A stretch of 64,000 nucleotides of DNA from Camelus ferus (GCF_009834535.1 NC_045698.1:250001-314000), one strand, 5' to 3'; numbered from the stretch's first letter, positions 12,075 to 25,830 are shown. The notes: generated by a model not told the origin, from the letters alone. Program-made: numbers and translations.

Positions 12075-14059
12075 TGTAAGACACTTTTCCTGTCCCATCT
12101 CAGCCAAGCCCTGAGGTTGGCACCCTCTCCCCACGGCACTTCAACTTGTTAGAAGTTTCAGCTGTTTACAAGGAGGCGAGGGTGGAGTAACCCTAAAAAC
12201 CTGATGAGCTTTTAGGATGGCTGGGGCCAGTGGCCAGGCTTTGGCCGACTGGTCCTCCTGGTCCCCATCCCTAGGTCTTTGTTCTGCCCATATCTTCTCG
12301 GATCCCGTTGCCCAGGATCAGGGCCCTGGTGTCCCCCTCACGCTGCCCCTGCTCATCGTGTGGGCACTGCCCTCTGCTCTCGCACGTGTCCAGCCCCGTC
12401 ACCCACCGGCCCCACGGCCCCCCAGCTCGCAGCCCCAGCTGGGGGGTCTGGATGTGCTCTGAGGGTCAGTGAGCTTGAGGCCACTTCCTTTCTGTGAGGA
12501 GGGCGTTCTCGCAGGCGGCTGGTTCGTGCTGAGTGCGAGCCCCCAGGGTAGTAGCTGCCTCGGAGCCGGTCTGCGCAGAGCTGGGTCTGAGCGAAGTGAG
12601 CGTGGGCTGTCCTGCTTTCAGTGGAGGAAACGTCTGACACCCATTACTCGTCGGGTTTTAGGAAGCCAATCTTAAATACTGTGAAGTTTCCTCTGAAACT
12701 GCTCTTTTCTGTCAGTGCTGGTAAACCTGGAGCTGAAACACGTCGTGCCAGTTTGAATTGTGTTCTTGGCAAAAGATAAAGATAACTGGCGTTGTTTGCT
12801 CTTTTTCATTCATGTTCAAAATTAAAATAACATCTTACCCATAAAATCTTTTTGAAACTTTTGTTCTGAGCTATAAATACAGAAGCGTGTGCACGTAGCT
12901 GAGCTCGGGGTGCCGTGCTCACCTCTGCTCCGGGGCCACCGCCCAGGCCACCTCTTCCGGCCCCTCTGGTGGGTGCAGAACGGCAGCCCCGCACGGTGGT
13001 CCTGCCTCCCTGGAGAAGCCTTCAGGCATTTCTGCTCTCAACCAAGCCTTGAAGCCTGGACGATCAAGTATTCCCTGGGGCCTCTGGATGCAGACAGCCC
13101 TGCGGTCCGGCTGAGGCTGAAGCCAGGCCTGACTCTCTCGTCCCTGCCAGCTCCCTCAGGGCCCAGAAGGGAGGGGAACCAGTGCGTCCATCCTGGCATG
13201 TAGAGGTTCTGGGAGCTGCCCTCCGGGTGGACTTTCTGAGAACGAGGTCCCGAGGCTGAGGGGTCGGGGGCCACTGCCCCTCTGCTCTGGGCACTGTGGC
13301 TGCCCTGGTGCCCGGCTCCCCGGCCAGGCCAGAGTGGTGCACCCCCAGCTCCGTTTTGGAGAATGAGGTCCAGCAGTTCCAGTCGTGGTTGCCTCTGTGT
13401 CCAACAGGAAATTTCTGAAGATTCCCGTTGATTGGAATCGGGGTAGGTTACATGACAAGCGCTCTCCAGAGCATCGCCAGAGCGGAGATTCTCACATTTT
13501 GGGATTAGAGTCTATTTTTGAAGTTTAAAAGTATTCCCAAACAGAGCAAAATAAGCAAATCCAGCAACAATAAGAAAAAACTCTCAGCCCTTGTCTCCAA
13601 ACTTCAGTCTCTTGAAGATAAACTGTCATCAATTCACAGGAGATTCAGGGCTGGTGCAGACTCTTAAAATCACACCTGTGATTTTAAGGTGGAGAAGCCG
13701 AGGTTTGGGGCCATTAGGGGCTTGTCGAGGGTCCCCGTTGGGGCTTGGGCTGGACCCCACGTTTCTGGGTCCATGTTAGAAGCTGCGGGCCTCAGGGAAG
13801 CCAGGACGCCCACAGAGCTGCCAGCCAGGGAGCATCTTGGTGCGGCACTGGGTACAGGACGGAGGAGGCGGGGAGGTGGGGGGAGGGGGAAGGGAGGCGT
13901 GGTCCTGGGCGCACTGACCTTGGCTGTGCAATCAGAGCAGGCCCTGGGCTTCAAACCCCGTCCAAGCTGGGCTGCAAGGCCGTCACGTTTACGCAGATGC
14001 AGCGACGTGCCTGCAGGAGCGCTGAGCTCGGACCTGTCCAGCCAGAAGACGCTCTGACC

Positions 14060-17000
14060 ACGTGACCCTCGCTAGAGTTCAGGTGTCCCGTGCTGCTCCA
14101 GACATTTTCTAACTTGTATTTTTAAATTTATGCACACTAAAACGCGTTCTTCTTGGCAGTGTGGTGGCCACCCCTGAGCATTCCCTCCGGCCCCACATCT
14201 CTGCCCTGCTGTCTGTTTGCTGACAGACGCCTGCCCACCCTGGCTCCGTACTCCATCCTCCACTCCTGAGGGTCTGGCGCCTGCCCACGCAGCCGCTGAG
14301 GACGTGGGGGTTGTTTCCAGGATGCGCTGTTTGTGAATCAAGCTATGCTAAACACTCACACACAGGTTTTCTCTGAGCATAGGTTTTCCTTTTGTGTGGA
14401 TAATACCTGCATGTGTCTGACTTCGTAAGAAATCTGCCTTCCAAAGTGGCCGCGCGCTCGCGGCCCCGCCAGTGTTACGAAGCCTTTTCCATAAGGGCAG
14501 ACCGGACCCTCACTACAGTTTCACCTGCGTTTCCCTCCTCACTAGTGACGTGGGGTGTCAGTGTGTGTTCGCTTGCTGCGACGGACCCTCCTTGTGAGCT
14601 GTCTGCTGGCTGGCTTTCTGTCTGTCTGTCTTCCCTCTTGCTGTTGTGTTCAGAGGCCCTGTGAGCGTCCTGGGAGTGCGTCCCTGCGCGCAGGGTCGGT
14701 GAGTCTGTGCCCCCAGCCTGGCCGGCCTGCTCATTCCCTTGACGGGGCCTTGCGGAGAGTGAAGGAATTTAACTTTGACGGAGTCCAGTCTCGATTTTTT
14801 TCATAGATCATGATTTTGGTGTCATATCTAAGAACTCTTTATCTGACCTGAGGTGACAGAGGTTATTCTCTGATGCTTGTGCCCAACACTTCATACCTTT
14901 ACAGTGAGTTTCACATTCAGGCCTGTAATCCTGGTTGGTTAACTGTGGTACGCAGGTCAAGACTGACTGTATCTGCACGTGAGTGTCCAGTTGTTTCAGA
15001 GCCGTTTATTCAAAAGGTGGTCCCTTCTCCATTGAATTGCCTTCACACCTTTGTGAAAAGTCAGTTGGCCGTCTTTCTGTGTCTGTCTCTGGACTCTGTC
15101 CTGTCCTGTTGGCTGTGTGTCTGGCCTCTCGCAAGTAAGCGCCGTGCTTGCCTGGTTACTACAGCTCCGTAGTAAGTCCTGAAGTCGGGCGCTGCGACTC
15201 TTCACTTCTTTATTATTGTCGTTCTTTTTCAGAATTGTTTTGGCTATTCTAGTTTCTCTGTCTTTCCATATACATTTTAGAGTTAATTTGTTGATATCTG
15301 CAGAAATTTCGCTGGGATTTGACTGGGGAGAATCAACAGCCTGACACCACCACCCTCCCAATTTATGAACACAGTACCTCCCCATTAATTTAGGTCTTTT
15401 ATGACTGTCTTCAGCGCTTTGTGGTTTTCAGTATGGAGAACCTGTGTATTTGCTAGATTTACATGTGAGCATTTTATATTTGTGTTGCTATTATAAATGA
15501 GCCGTTGTTTAACCTCAGTTTTCATCAGTAGTGTATAGAAATACACTTTATTTTTCAAGGTTGACTTTGTGTCTGCGACCCTGTTGAATTCATTGGCAGT
15601 TCTTTGTTATTGTAGACTCTGGGAATTTTTACATCATCATGTTTTCTGAGAAGAGAGACAGTTTTTATCTTCTTTTTCAAACTACACGCTTTGTTTTTCC
15701 TGCCTTACTGCACTTCCAGGACTTCTGGGACCAGGTAGAGCAGAAGAGGTGAGGGGACAACCCTGCCTTTTCCTCAGAGTGGGGAGAAACCTTTGATCTT
15801 TGCTTTGGTTTTTATAGATGCCTTACATCAGATTAAGAAATTTCCCTCTATTCCTTGTTTTCTGAGAGTTCTTACTATGAGTGGACCCCTGCCCCCCCCC
15901 CCCGTTTTATCCGTTTCATCAGTTTTATCAGATGCTTTTTCTGCATCTGTTGAGATGTGATTTTTCTTCCTGAGTCTGTTAATATTGTGAATTGCATTGA
16001 TTGACAGGCTCAGGACAGATCTTCTTTGTATATTGCTGGACTCAATTTGGTAATACTGTGTGGGGGCTTGTGTTTTTGTTGATGAGAAATATTTCTGTAG
16101 TTTTCTTGCAACGTCTCTGTTAGGTTGTGGTATCTCGCTGATGGAGGCTTCGTGGAATTGGTTGAGAGTGTTCCCATCTCTTGCGTTTTCTGAAGGAGAT
16201 TGTGTAGAATTGCTGTTACCGCCTCCTGAAACGCTTGTTACGATTCCCAGGCAGAAACAGCTAGTCTGAGAGTTTTCTTTGTTAGAAGATTAAAGTATGA
16301 ATTTAGTTTCTTTGATTGATAAAGGACTATTCAGGTTACCTATTCTAGTGTGAATTTTAGTAGTCTGTGTCTTTCGAGGAGTTGGTCCGTTTTATCTATG
16401 TCGTTGATTTTATGGGTACAGTTCAGGTTTTTCCCATGTTGCCCTTTTAATGACTGTGGGTTCTGTAGTCACGTCTCCTTTTTCATTTCATTGGTGATCT
16501 GTGTTTTCTCTTATTTTTTCTTAGTCCATTGGGCCAGAGTTTTATTCGTTTTATTGATTTTTCTCAGACACAGTTGCTGGTTTCATTGATTGTTACTATG
16601 GACTGAATGCTTGTATTCCAGCCCCCCAATTAATACAATACAGTCAACTTCATGCTAGACTGGGGACCCAACCCCCACTGGGATGGTGTCTGGTGGTGGG
16701 TCCATGGGAGGTGATGATGTCATGAGCCCCTCTGAGTGGGACCAGTGCTGTCGTGAAGGAGGTCCCGGAGAGCCCCCAGCCCCTTCTGCCTGTGGGCGCC
16801 GCGGGCGCGGCGGGCGCGGTGGGCGCGGCCGGGAGGCGGCCCTTCCCGCAGTGCTGTCCGTGGGGGAGGTGTTCTTCCAAACGTCAGTTCTGTCAAGCTG
16901 GTTGATGATGGTGGCTTTTGTGTATCCTTGTTGCTTTTCTATCTGGTCTCAACTTGAAACACAAGTGTTGATGTCGTCTAGTAAAATCGTGGATCTGGGA

Positions 17001-17900
17001 TTTCTCCTTTCAGCTCTGTCAGTCTTCACTCTGTGTACTTTGGGTTCTGCTGTAGGGGGCAGACGTGCCTGGAGTTACTACGTTTTCCTCGGGAACTGAC
17101 CCTTCTGTCCCGTCCGAGTGCAAGACGCCTCTTCATCCCCGGTTACTTTCCTTGCCTTGAAGTTTACTTTGTTTGACACTAACATGGTCACCCCAGCTCT
17201 TTTCAGTGAATGTTTGTTTGGCGTATCCTGCTTCATCTCATTGTTTTTAATCCATTTGTATAGTTATGTTTAAACTGTGTCTTCTGTTGGCAGTATGTAT
17301 TTGGACCTTTTCTTTGTTGTTCATTTTTTAAGTCCAGTCTGACAGTACCACTTCTAAAGGCCATTTATATTAGGGAAATCATTGATATTGCTGGATTTAA
17401 GTCCACCATTGTATAATTTTCCTGCTTTTTGTTTCCCTCTCTCGTGTTTTCTGCCCCTTCTGGCTTTGGCAATATCCATCACTGCTCCAGCTCGGTGCAC
17501 CCGCGGCTTTCGATGCTCGAGTCCGACGTGACTGGGTTTGTGTTTATTAGATCGTCCTGTTTAGGGCTCACGGGCTTTTTGAACCTGTGTGTTTGTGTCT
17601 TTCATCAAACTCAGAAAGTTTTCGGCCGTATTCTTCACACATTTTTTACCGCCCCGTGTCTTTCTCTTCCATTTCAGAAACTGTGCTGACACAGGTGTGA
17701 GACCTTGAGGCTGTGTTCACCTTCCCAGTGTTTTCTCTCTCAGGTTGGACGCCTTCCATTGCTCTGTCCTTACTGATTCTTTTTTCTGTCAGCGCCATTC
17801 TGCTCTTAAGCCCACCCAGTGGAGCTTCCACTTCCCATATTTTATTTCTCAGTTCTAAAATTCTCATGTGGTTCTTTTCTAATAGTATCTGCTTCTCTTC
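14060..17900 (-). mobile_element. Fragmented ancient LINE-1 (L1M-type), antisense
   Basis: T-rich + strand; minus ORF 14996-15385 contains INKLTLKCIWK..RIAKTILKK (ORF2-like); 17646-17867 contains ILELRNKIWEV..LGGLKSRM..TEKRIS (ORF1 coiled-coil-like). Confidence 0.8.
16590..16830 (+). mobile_element. MLT1 LTR fragment nested in L1, with short (GGGCGCGGC)n repeat at about 16794-16830
   Basis: Begins TGTTACTATGGACTGAATGCTTGT...CCCCCAA (MLT1 5' end-like); later GAGCCCCTCTGAGTGGGACCAGTGC. Confidence 0.5.
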
Positions 17901-18077
17901 TGAGACCTGTGACCTGCGTTGCTCTTCCCTCGGGGAGGACAGTCGTGGCAGCTGTGTTAAATCCCTGACGTGGTCATTCCACCATTTTCAGTTCAGAAGT
18001 GGCGTCTGTCTCATGTCTTCTCCCTTGAGTGGTATTCTCACATTCTGGTTCTCAGTATATGTGATGATTTGGGGTGA

Positions 18078-18190
18078 TGTGGTAGGCAGAACACTGGTTC
18101 CCCAAAGTGTTCCTGTCCGAATTCCCGGAGCCTGTGAGTATGTTACTTTACTTGGAAAAAGGGCTTTGCAAGTGGGCCTGAAGGCTCTGA
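18078..18190 (+). mobile_element. MLT1D-like LTR 5' fragment
   Basis: TGTGGTAGGCAGAACACTGGTTCCCCAAAG...CCTGTGAGTATGTTACTTTACTTGGAAAAAGGGCTTTGCA. Confidence 0.6.
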
Positions 18191-21100
18191 CGTCAGGCTT
18201 CCCTGCAGAACTCAACAGCACAGAGGCCGGTGGTGGCGGGGCCTCCTGCCAGCCGACCTGCACCTGCTCCTCAAACCTCGTGCACACGGGCACCTTGGAC
18301 CCTCCAGCAAAGAGGCTGCTGAGCAAAACACAGGGTCCAGGAGGAACATCAACCTGGAGGGACAGACGTGCGGAGGGGAGACGGCCAGACAGACAGGCTC
18401 CTCGGGACGAGGCGAGGGGACACTGGGGAAATGGGCTGCTATGGAAGGGACAACTCAGAGGTTGAAAAGAGCTCACAGAAGCGTGAAAGCAAATCTTGGA
18501 AATCCAAGAGTGGTCCAGAGTTAAAGTATCACCACGAGTAAGTGGCAAACAGGCGGCAAATAACAGAGGAAAGTCAGGAAGGCTGCCAGACCCCAGAGGG
18601 CCTGCGTGATCAGAGCTCCAGGGAGGTCAGAGGGGAGGAAATCATTCAGGAAGCAGCCCGGAAGGTTTCCCAGAACCCAGGACTGAGTTTCCGGCCCAAG
18701 ACCCCCACCAGGTGACCAGCACAAAGGATGAGAAGGACAAGGACCAGGTGTTTGCTTCTGAAATTCTACACCCTGAGGGCAGGCAAGACCACGGAGGCTG
18801 GACGGCCACCAGGAAGTGCCTGCACAACATTGAGGGGGTTACCTCCATCCTGGGTCCACATGTGCCCCAGACCCCTCGGCATGACCAGGTCCACTTCCCC
18901 ACGTGGATTCAGGAGGGGCCTCTCCCCACCCAGAACCAGGGCCCTGACCGAGTGGCAGGCGGGGCCTGGGGCCCAAGGCCCTACGGGGAGCAAGTGGAAG
19001 GAGAAGTGGGTGGATGAGACGCTGCTGGACGAGGCGTGTTCCCCAGGGACATTGGGGTCGGTCAGTGACTGTGTGGCTGAGTCCTGGGCCCACGGTCGCT
19101 GAGGGCAGCGAGGTGTTCGAAACACATCCATGCTCAGCTGAGAAGGGTCAGCGAGCCCACAGGCGTGCGCAGAGCAGCAGGACCGCGCAGCTGGTGTGCA
19201 GGCAGAGCGGCGCCCTGGCCGAGGTCGAGATCAGAGCCGCTCCCAGTGCCGGGCTCCAGGCAGCGCGCACAGGGCAGGAAGCCACCGGGTACTCGAGGTC
19301 CGTGCGGCTCTCACATCCTGTGCACGGCTCTAACCCTGTCCGCTAAAGGCCGTCTCACCAGACGCGAAGCCCTGCTCTTTGGCGCTCCTCGCACTGGTGG
19401 GCTCTCCACCCCCTCGGGTACAGGCCCCTTTCTCGCTCCGCGTCCCCCTTGCAGACGTGCAAGTTTAGCCTGTCCATGTTTCCCGTGATCACGCTTATGG
19501 AGGCTATTTCTGCTCTCATGTTTTGTGCTTTCTATTCCTCCACTGTCCTTGGTTTCTTTCTCTTCTCTCTAGCTCCCCATTCGGCAGACCGAGCTTTATC
19601 CTGCGGGTTTAAAAGCCCCACATTCTGATTTTGTTCTCACGGGGAAGCCTTCAGAAAGGCCTTTCCAGGTGGGTTTCCCTTCCATCTCCTGGACGTAGCT
19701 GGGCTGGCGTCTCTCCAGCAGGGCTGGCATCGGCTCAGCCCTCTGGTCCCCTACACAGATGCAGCAACTTTGTCCAGAAGTTGAATCCTGGACGATGCAG
19801 ATCTTGCCTGTGTTCCTAACTTTTAGGGACCCCTCGGGAGCTGACCAGGATGTGGGGCCCCTCCTAGCAGTCCCTAGATGTGTTTCTCGTTTTGAGGCCT
19901 CCCCGGGGCGTTTTCGTTGTGAGTCTCAGTGTGAAATCTCCCTGGGTCTCCCCACGTGCTTGAGAACGTTATGCCCTCACAGCTGGATGACAGTTTGGCT
20001 GAATGTAGAATTGTAAGTTCAAAGTTTTTTCTTCGACCTTCAAAAACGCTTCTCCATCGTCTGCAGTGCCTGTGCTGCTGGTGGGGCCCGACGCCCACTG
20101 CAGCGGCTGCTCTGACCCCCCTCTGAGCTGTATGAGTCCACCTTTGGCTTTGGTATTTTTGAATTTCAGCACAACGTGTCTTCCGTCTTGTTTTGCCTAC
20201 TTGGTGCTCCCGAGTTCTTTCTATCTGAAGTGTTTCTTCTTTAATCTGGACATTTCTTTCCATTGTTGCATCAAACACTGTCCCTCTCCATTACCGGTGC
20301 TCCCTCTGGAGCTGCTGTTACCCAGCACTGCTGAGTGACCGCTTCCATCCACGGGCCTCTCTTCTGTCCCCTGGCCTCCCTTCCCTGCCGCCCTCAGGAC
20401 TGACCCTCCAGCTCTGCAGCCGTCACACTCTTCTTCCCTCCTTGCTTATTAGGCTCACACCTCATAAACAGTTCCCCTTAATTGGCTTGTAATAGTTCTT
20501 GTTTCTATTTCTTTTTGCTAATATATTTCTTATCTCCTTATATCTATTTAAATTCATGCTTATCTCATGTTTGGTCTCTGTTCTGTGCTGCCCCACATGC
20601 TGGGCATCCCCCAGACTATCTTCTGGCCCCTGTGTGCTCTGCCCCTGAGGAGCCAAGCTGTGTGCTGGGGACAGGTGGGATGGGGCTGGGGGAGGGGCCA
20701 GGCCGGATTTGGGTGGGGCTTGCCTCCTTGGGGAAGGTTCCCCTTTAGAAAGGGCCACCTTGGGAGTCCTGGCCTGGGGCTTGCATAGGACAGGAGGGGT
20801 GAGTGCTCGGAAGCACAGCTCAGCAGTACGGGCCTCTCCCTGGCTGGCCCTGCACCCTTGCCCCATCACTCCACCAGGCAGACTGTCCCCAGGCAGCTGG
20901 GGGAGGGGCCAGAGCAGAGCACAGAAAGAATTTCTTCCAGTGTTCTCTGCTCCCCCAAACCTCCCACCCTGGGCTGCACCCCCCAGCTCCTCCTCACCCT
21001 GACCCCAGTCAGCCCTGGGCTCCTTGGGGGTCCCTGAGGCCTTCTGGGGACCACTCCTCCCATTAGGGCACTAGGGGCTGACTTTGGGGAAGGACTGGAG

Positions 21101-22604
21101 CCTGTGCTGGCTCACCTGTGTGGACATAGACACCATGTGTCCATGTTTAATGGAATAAGCTTTGCCAGATGCCAAACGAAGTCAAAAGCGGCCAACGGGG
21201 AGGCACAGACTCGTTTGATTTGTTTGGTTTCTGAGTTCGAGGCTGGAGCAGGATCCGCAGGGGAGGAGGTTGCAGACGGACAGACGTGCTGACTGGCCCC
21301 TGAGGTGAGGGGGTTTCACCAGTTCCCACACCAGCCCTCGGCCTGGGACTCACAGAGCCTGGGCTGCCGCCTCGGCTCCAACTCTGGCTCCCTGGGTGCC
21401 CGGGCACCGTGGGCTTCGTGGAAGCAGCTGTGAGTGGCCTTGCCTGCCTGGGAGCCTTGAGAGCCAGCCGTCGGCCTGTGCCAGCACGCTGACTTGGTTT
21501 CTGGGAAAGCCAGCACAATTCCCGGGACATTCCCAGGAACCGCAAGGGACCCGCCAAGAACTGCAGGCGTGGAGACTTGCGCACCTTCAGGCTGTCACTC
21601 TTCTAAAGAAAGACCTAGAGACCCCCTTCCCCTGGTCAGACCCGAAGGCGCTCTGCTGACCGGCAGGGTTGCGGACAGGGCTTCTGCTGTGGTTTCCTCC
21701 CTGTGGTGCTGGACGCGTGGGTTCAGGGACCACGGTCCTCCAGAAAGGCAGACGTGAAGCCCCAGAGAGCTCACCACCAAAGCCTGGTGCAGGAAGAGGG
21801 GCACCGTGGGAATCGGCCCAGGAGGGCAGGGCAGAGCCGCCAGGGTGGGCAGGGCTGTGTGGCCCAGGAGCAGGGGTCTTGCGTTGGCCGCAGGGGACGG
21901 TGGGCTGCAGGAGGGGCCGTCGCACAACAACCCGTCCCTGACTGTTGAAGGGTGGCATGGGAGCCCAGGACGGACACCTGGCAAGGCCGGCAGCTGTGTT
22001 TCTGGGGCCCACTGCGGCCGGCCCAGGCTCCCCGCTCCCGCTCGGCTCCCTGAGAGAGCTCCCTGGTGTCCCCGCACCTGGCCGCCCATCCTGGCCTTCC
22101 ACTGAGCAGTGGCTGCACCTGCAGCTCCCTCTCCAGGGGCTGGGGTTCCCTGCTCGCCCTTCGTTCTTACTGCTCAGAGAAATCGCATTTTCTCACCTTC
22201 TGCTATGTCTGCTGGGCCTGTTGTTCCCAAACTCCTTTGACGTAAATAGAAGTGGGAGAAGTTCCATGGCTGCGGCTGGCCTGCGGGTGGACACAGCCCG
22301 GGAAGGGCAGCCGGTTCCCCACCCCCAGACAGTCCCCAGGCCCCACCCACCTCATTCCTGCTGTCTCACAGCCTCCGCCTGCCCGACCATGCGCCGGGCG
22401 TACCAAGGGCCCCGTCCCCCGGCTTGTGCCATGCCTCGGGCTGTGTCCAGCCACAGCTGCAACGTTGCACCTTCTGCCCACCCAGCGGCCTCCCTGTGGG
22501 TCAGAAGTCCACAGCTTCTAGCCCCACCCCAGAGGATAGTTCAGATGTCTGGGGCCTGGGTGGGCTTTTAGGCCCCCATAACTCCCCACTGTGAAACCTT
22601 TGAC

Positions 22605-22690
22605 TGTGCACCATAGCCCCTGATCGTCCACCATGAACCCCCAATCGTCCACCATTAGCCCCCCCCCACTGTCCACCATGCACCCCTGAC
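22605..22690. repeat. Short minisatellite, about 4 copies of a ~20 bp unit (GTCCACCAT..CCCC)
   Basis: Repeats visible directly. Confidence 0.7.
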
Positions 22691-23754
22691 TGCCTGTGGT
22701 CACTGAGCTAGGCTCACTGGGTTCCCCTCAGTGGCTAGTGATCACTGTGGTCACTCTGGCCCTGGTTGGCCCCGGGCTCTCCGGGGCTCAGACGCATGTG
22801 TCCCAGGCCCTGCCTGTGCTAAACTCACAGTCACGGGGAGGGTCCCTGGCAGATGACTTCAGTACAAGGTGAGGGTCTCAGCTAGCCCCAAGGAGGAGGC
22901 GCTGTGGAAGGAGCAGGGTGGTGCTGGGCCATGCTTGGTATTCTGTGTGTTCTAAGTGTGAATCCTGTTCATTCAGCTGCAGCACACTGAGAACCAGCAG
23001 CCCTGGTCACCGTGCTGTGTTTTAGTTACTACGTTTGTGAGGAGCTTCAGGTTGGCTCTGGGTCATCCTGGGTTCATGGCAGAGCAGCTGAACCCGGGGG
23101 CCTGATGACCTGCCCGTTCCACTCCCTGGGGGATGCGGCCCTGGTGGGACCTCGCTTGGTCCGTCCTGGAGCCTCCCGAGACTCCTCCTTCGGGGAGGGG
23201 CCAGCACCTGCGGCGCCGGCCAGGTGGCTGCCACTTCCCTGTGCGATGACAACTTTCTGTCAGGAGGGCTCTGCCCCAGCTCCCAGCACCACCCTTCCCT
23301 CCTGCAGGGCCTCCCTTGGGCTTTCTTGGGCACAGAGGGAAGGTCTGGAACTTGTCCAAGGGCAGATTCTGACCCAGAAGGTCTGGAGTGATCCAAGACT
23401 GTGAGGCCAAGGCTGGCGGTCCCAGACACACTCGGAGAGAGAGGTCAGAGATTTGGGGGATCAGGGGTGCAGCCCCCAAACACCAGCGCGCTCCGTCAGG
23501 GAGGGCCTGCTTCCTTCTCTGTCATAGTCTGCTTGTTGACTGTCCACAGCTGCTTCTCCTGAACGAAACTTCACACCAAGATGTTTGCAATCTGAAAGTC
23601 GGTCCCAGTGTTAAAAATAGGCTTTGTTCGCTCTAGAAAACAGTCAACACGCTCGGTGAATCAGAGCCCAGCACAAAACGCTGCGTTCTGATCAGCAGCA
23701 GCAATATTAATTCTGGGCTCACTCTGCGGGGCGTGCTTGTTTCACCTCAGAGGC

Positions 23755-23850
23755 AGTCATTTCTGTCATTCCCGTTTCTCAATGAGGAATCCGAGGCCCA
23801 GGGAGGTTAATTAGCTTGTCCAAGATCACACAGCTGAAACGGCAGCCCTT
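23755..23850. mobile_element. MIR SINE core fragment
   Basis: ATGAGGAATCCGAGGCCCAGGGAGGTTAATTAGCTTGTCCAAGATCACACAGCT matches the MIR core. Confidence 0.7.
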
Positions 23851-24159
23851 GGTTGAGGTGGTTTTGAAATAGTCGCACTCCCCCAGGGAAGGAAGAGAGT
23901 TGTCTGCAGTGGCCATGTCTGTGCCCAGATCTGGGCTTCGCTCCCACCAGGATGTGGGGCCGCAGGCCCAACCTCACCATCCCGCACCTCTGCCGCCCAG
24001 GTGTCTGTGCCACAGCGAAGTCACTCACCTGAAAAAAAAGACCTAGAGGGCCCAGGGCGGTGGAAGAGCAGAGCGGGGACCGGGCTGGCTCCCAGGGCCT
24101 AGGGGTCCGCACCTGCCTCCCCCCTTGTGGTCCTGCCCCCATCAGCCAGCTGCTTTCAA

Positions 24160-24690
24160 GTGCCATGGCTGCTTCGTGGCAGGAGCCCCAGGCCGAGTCT
24201 ACTGTTTGTGGGATCTATAAACAGCCAGCGATCCGCTCCCCGAGCAGGAGCAGCTCGCACGCACGCGGGCCCCACGGCGAGGCCCAGCGAGTGATCTGGC
24301 TCCAGCAGGGCCCCGCGGCTGCCCGACACGCCCGGTGCCCCTCGCTCGCTCGCGTGACTGGCGGCCCTGGCCGTGTGTTGCTCTCGGTAACCGCAGCAAC
24401 GGCTCTCGGGAGGCGCTGCTCCCAACTTCCTTTCATTCCAGGGAGGGGCGATGAGAGGGGCTGCTGGAATTGTTCCTTTTCCCTCTTCTCCTTCCTCCGC
24501 CGTGACCTTGACAAGCGATCTTTGAAGTACTTGCTGGCTCTTTTTTCTGCCACGGGCTGGAAGCGATCAGGATACTCAAGGGCTTCCCACACTTCGCCTC
24601 TATCCGGGCAGAGGGGCCGGGGGCGCCAGGGCCACTTCGCCTGCGTGGCCCCGCGTCCCCCCAGCGTGGCAGGTGCACGTGCCGTGACTT
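24160..24690 (+). promoter_or_regulatory. CpG-rich intronic element with TATA box and XREs, candidate internal AHRR promoter or enhancer
   Basis: TATAAA at 24216-24221; CACGC cores at 24258, 24262 and 24327; TCGCGTG at 24350-24356; GCGTG at 24643 and 24664; CACGTG at 24676. Confidence 0.45.
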
Positions 24691-25768
24691 CTAGTAATTG
24701 AACCTACATGTGCTTGTCTCTCCCCTTAAGAAAGCGCGGCCTTCAGCTTGGGGCCAAATTCTTTTTTCCACTTGGAAAAGTGATCTCATTTTCCATGTAC
24801 CATGTTTAAAAAAACACAAAACTCTTGTAGGATTAAAAAGAGAGGGGGAGAGAAGACAAACAAACGTTTGCGATGCATGTTTGAAAGGCGGCCCCACATG
24901 TGTAAAAGTATTTGGCGTGATGGTTCTGGACCAGAGCGTCCATCTGATATTGAATCCATATGACTCGGCAAACTTCATTTTATGGTCCTTTTTGCTTTTT
25001 AAAATTTTTGCCTTGTGAGTTAAAATTAAGGTTGCTTTTGGTTGTGACTAATCTCATAAAATCTTTTTTGAGACGGCATTTTATGTACTCAAAGCCTGAG
25101 CATTTCTTTGGTCCTTGGACTATGATTAGTGGGATGTCAGGAGTCTGCGCGGCCTCTGAGATGGGGACGCTGTGTGGATTCCCGGCGGCACAGCCGGGCG
25201 CCCACCTAGCCCACTCTGGCTGCCTGGGGCCAGATGCTGAGCCTGCGGGAGGAACGAGGCCCTCGCAGTCATCACTGCCTGGCACCGTGGGGCGCCTGGG
25301 TTCAGTCACCTGGGCCACTGCCGCCATCAGCTCTCATGATCAGGGGTGTGTCCGGACGACCACCGTCGTCCTGAGTCTGTAAGGAGAATGGACGCCTTGT
25401 TTCCTGACCTCCCCATGGTGGACCCAGTGCTGTCCCAGACCTCGGGGGTGGGGCTATAGGGTCCTCCTCCTGGGATGCGGCCGCTGCCTCCGGATAAGGC
25501 ATGAGGCTGAGGATTCAGGGCAGGCTTTCCTGGCCTGAGTGTCCGGTCACTGCGCACAGCGGGTGGCCTGGAAGCCCGCCACCCTCCGGGGGCGCCAGAC
25601 CCCACTGGGCCCTGGGTGGGGAGGGAGGAGATGGAATCCAGGCAGCTTCCCAGGTGAGGCACTTGAGGCCCCCCCGGGACTGCCAATGAGCTGCAGGCTG
25701 AGAGCCTGGGCTGAGCCTCCTCCTTAGAGACTCCGGGCTCTGAGGGCAGTGGGTTTGACTTCATCACA

Positions 25769-25830
25769 CGCCTCCTTTCTCGCAGGAAGGCTGAAGGGAC
25801 GCCTCCTTCCTCGCAGGAAGGCTGCAGGGA
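25769..25830. repeat. 31-bp tandem duplication
   Basis: CGCCTCCTT(T/C)CTCGCAGGAAGGCTG(A/C)AGGGA x2. Confidence 0.85.

Noticed and set aside
17713..18465. 250-aa ORF with hydrophobic N-terminus
   Set aside because: Reads through antisense L1 and an MLT1 fragment; hydrophobicity reflects T-rich sequence
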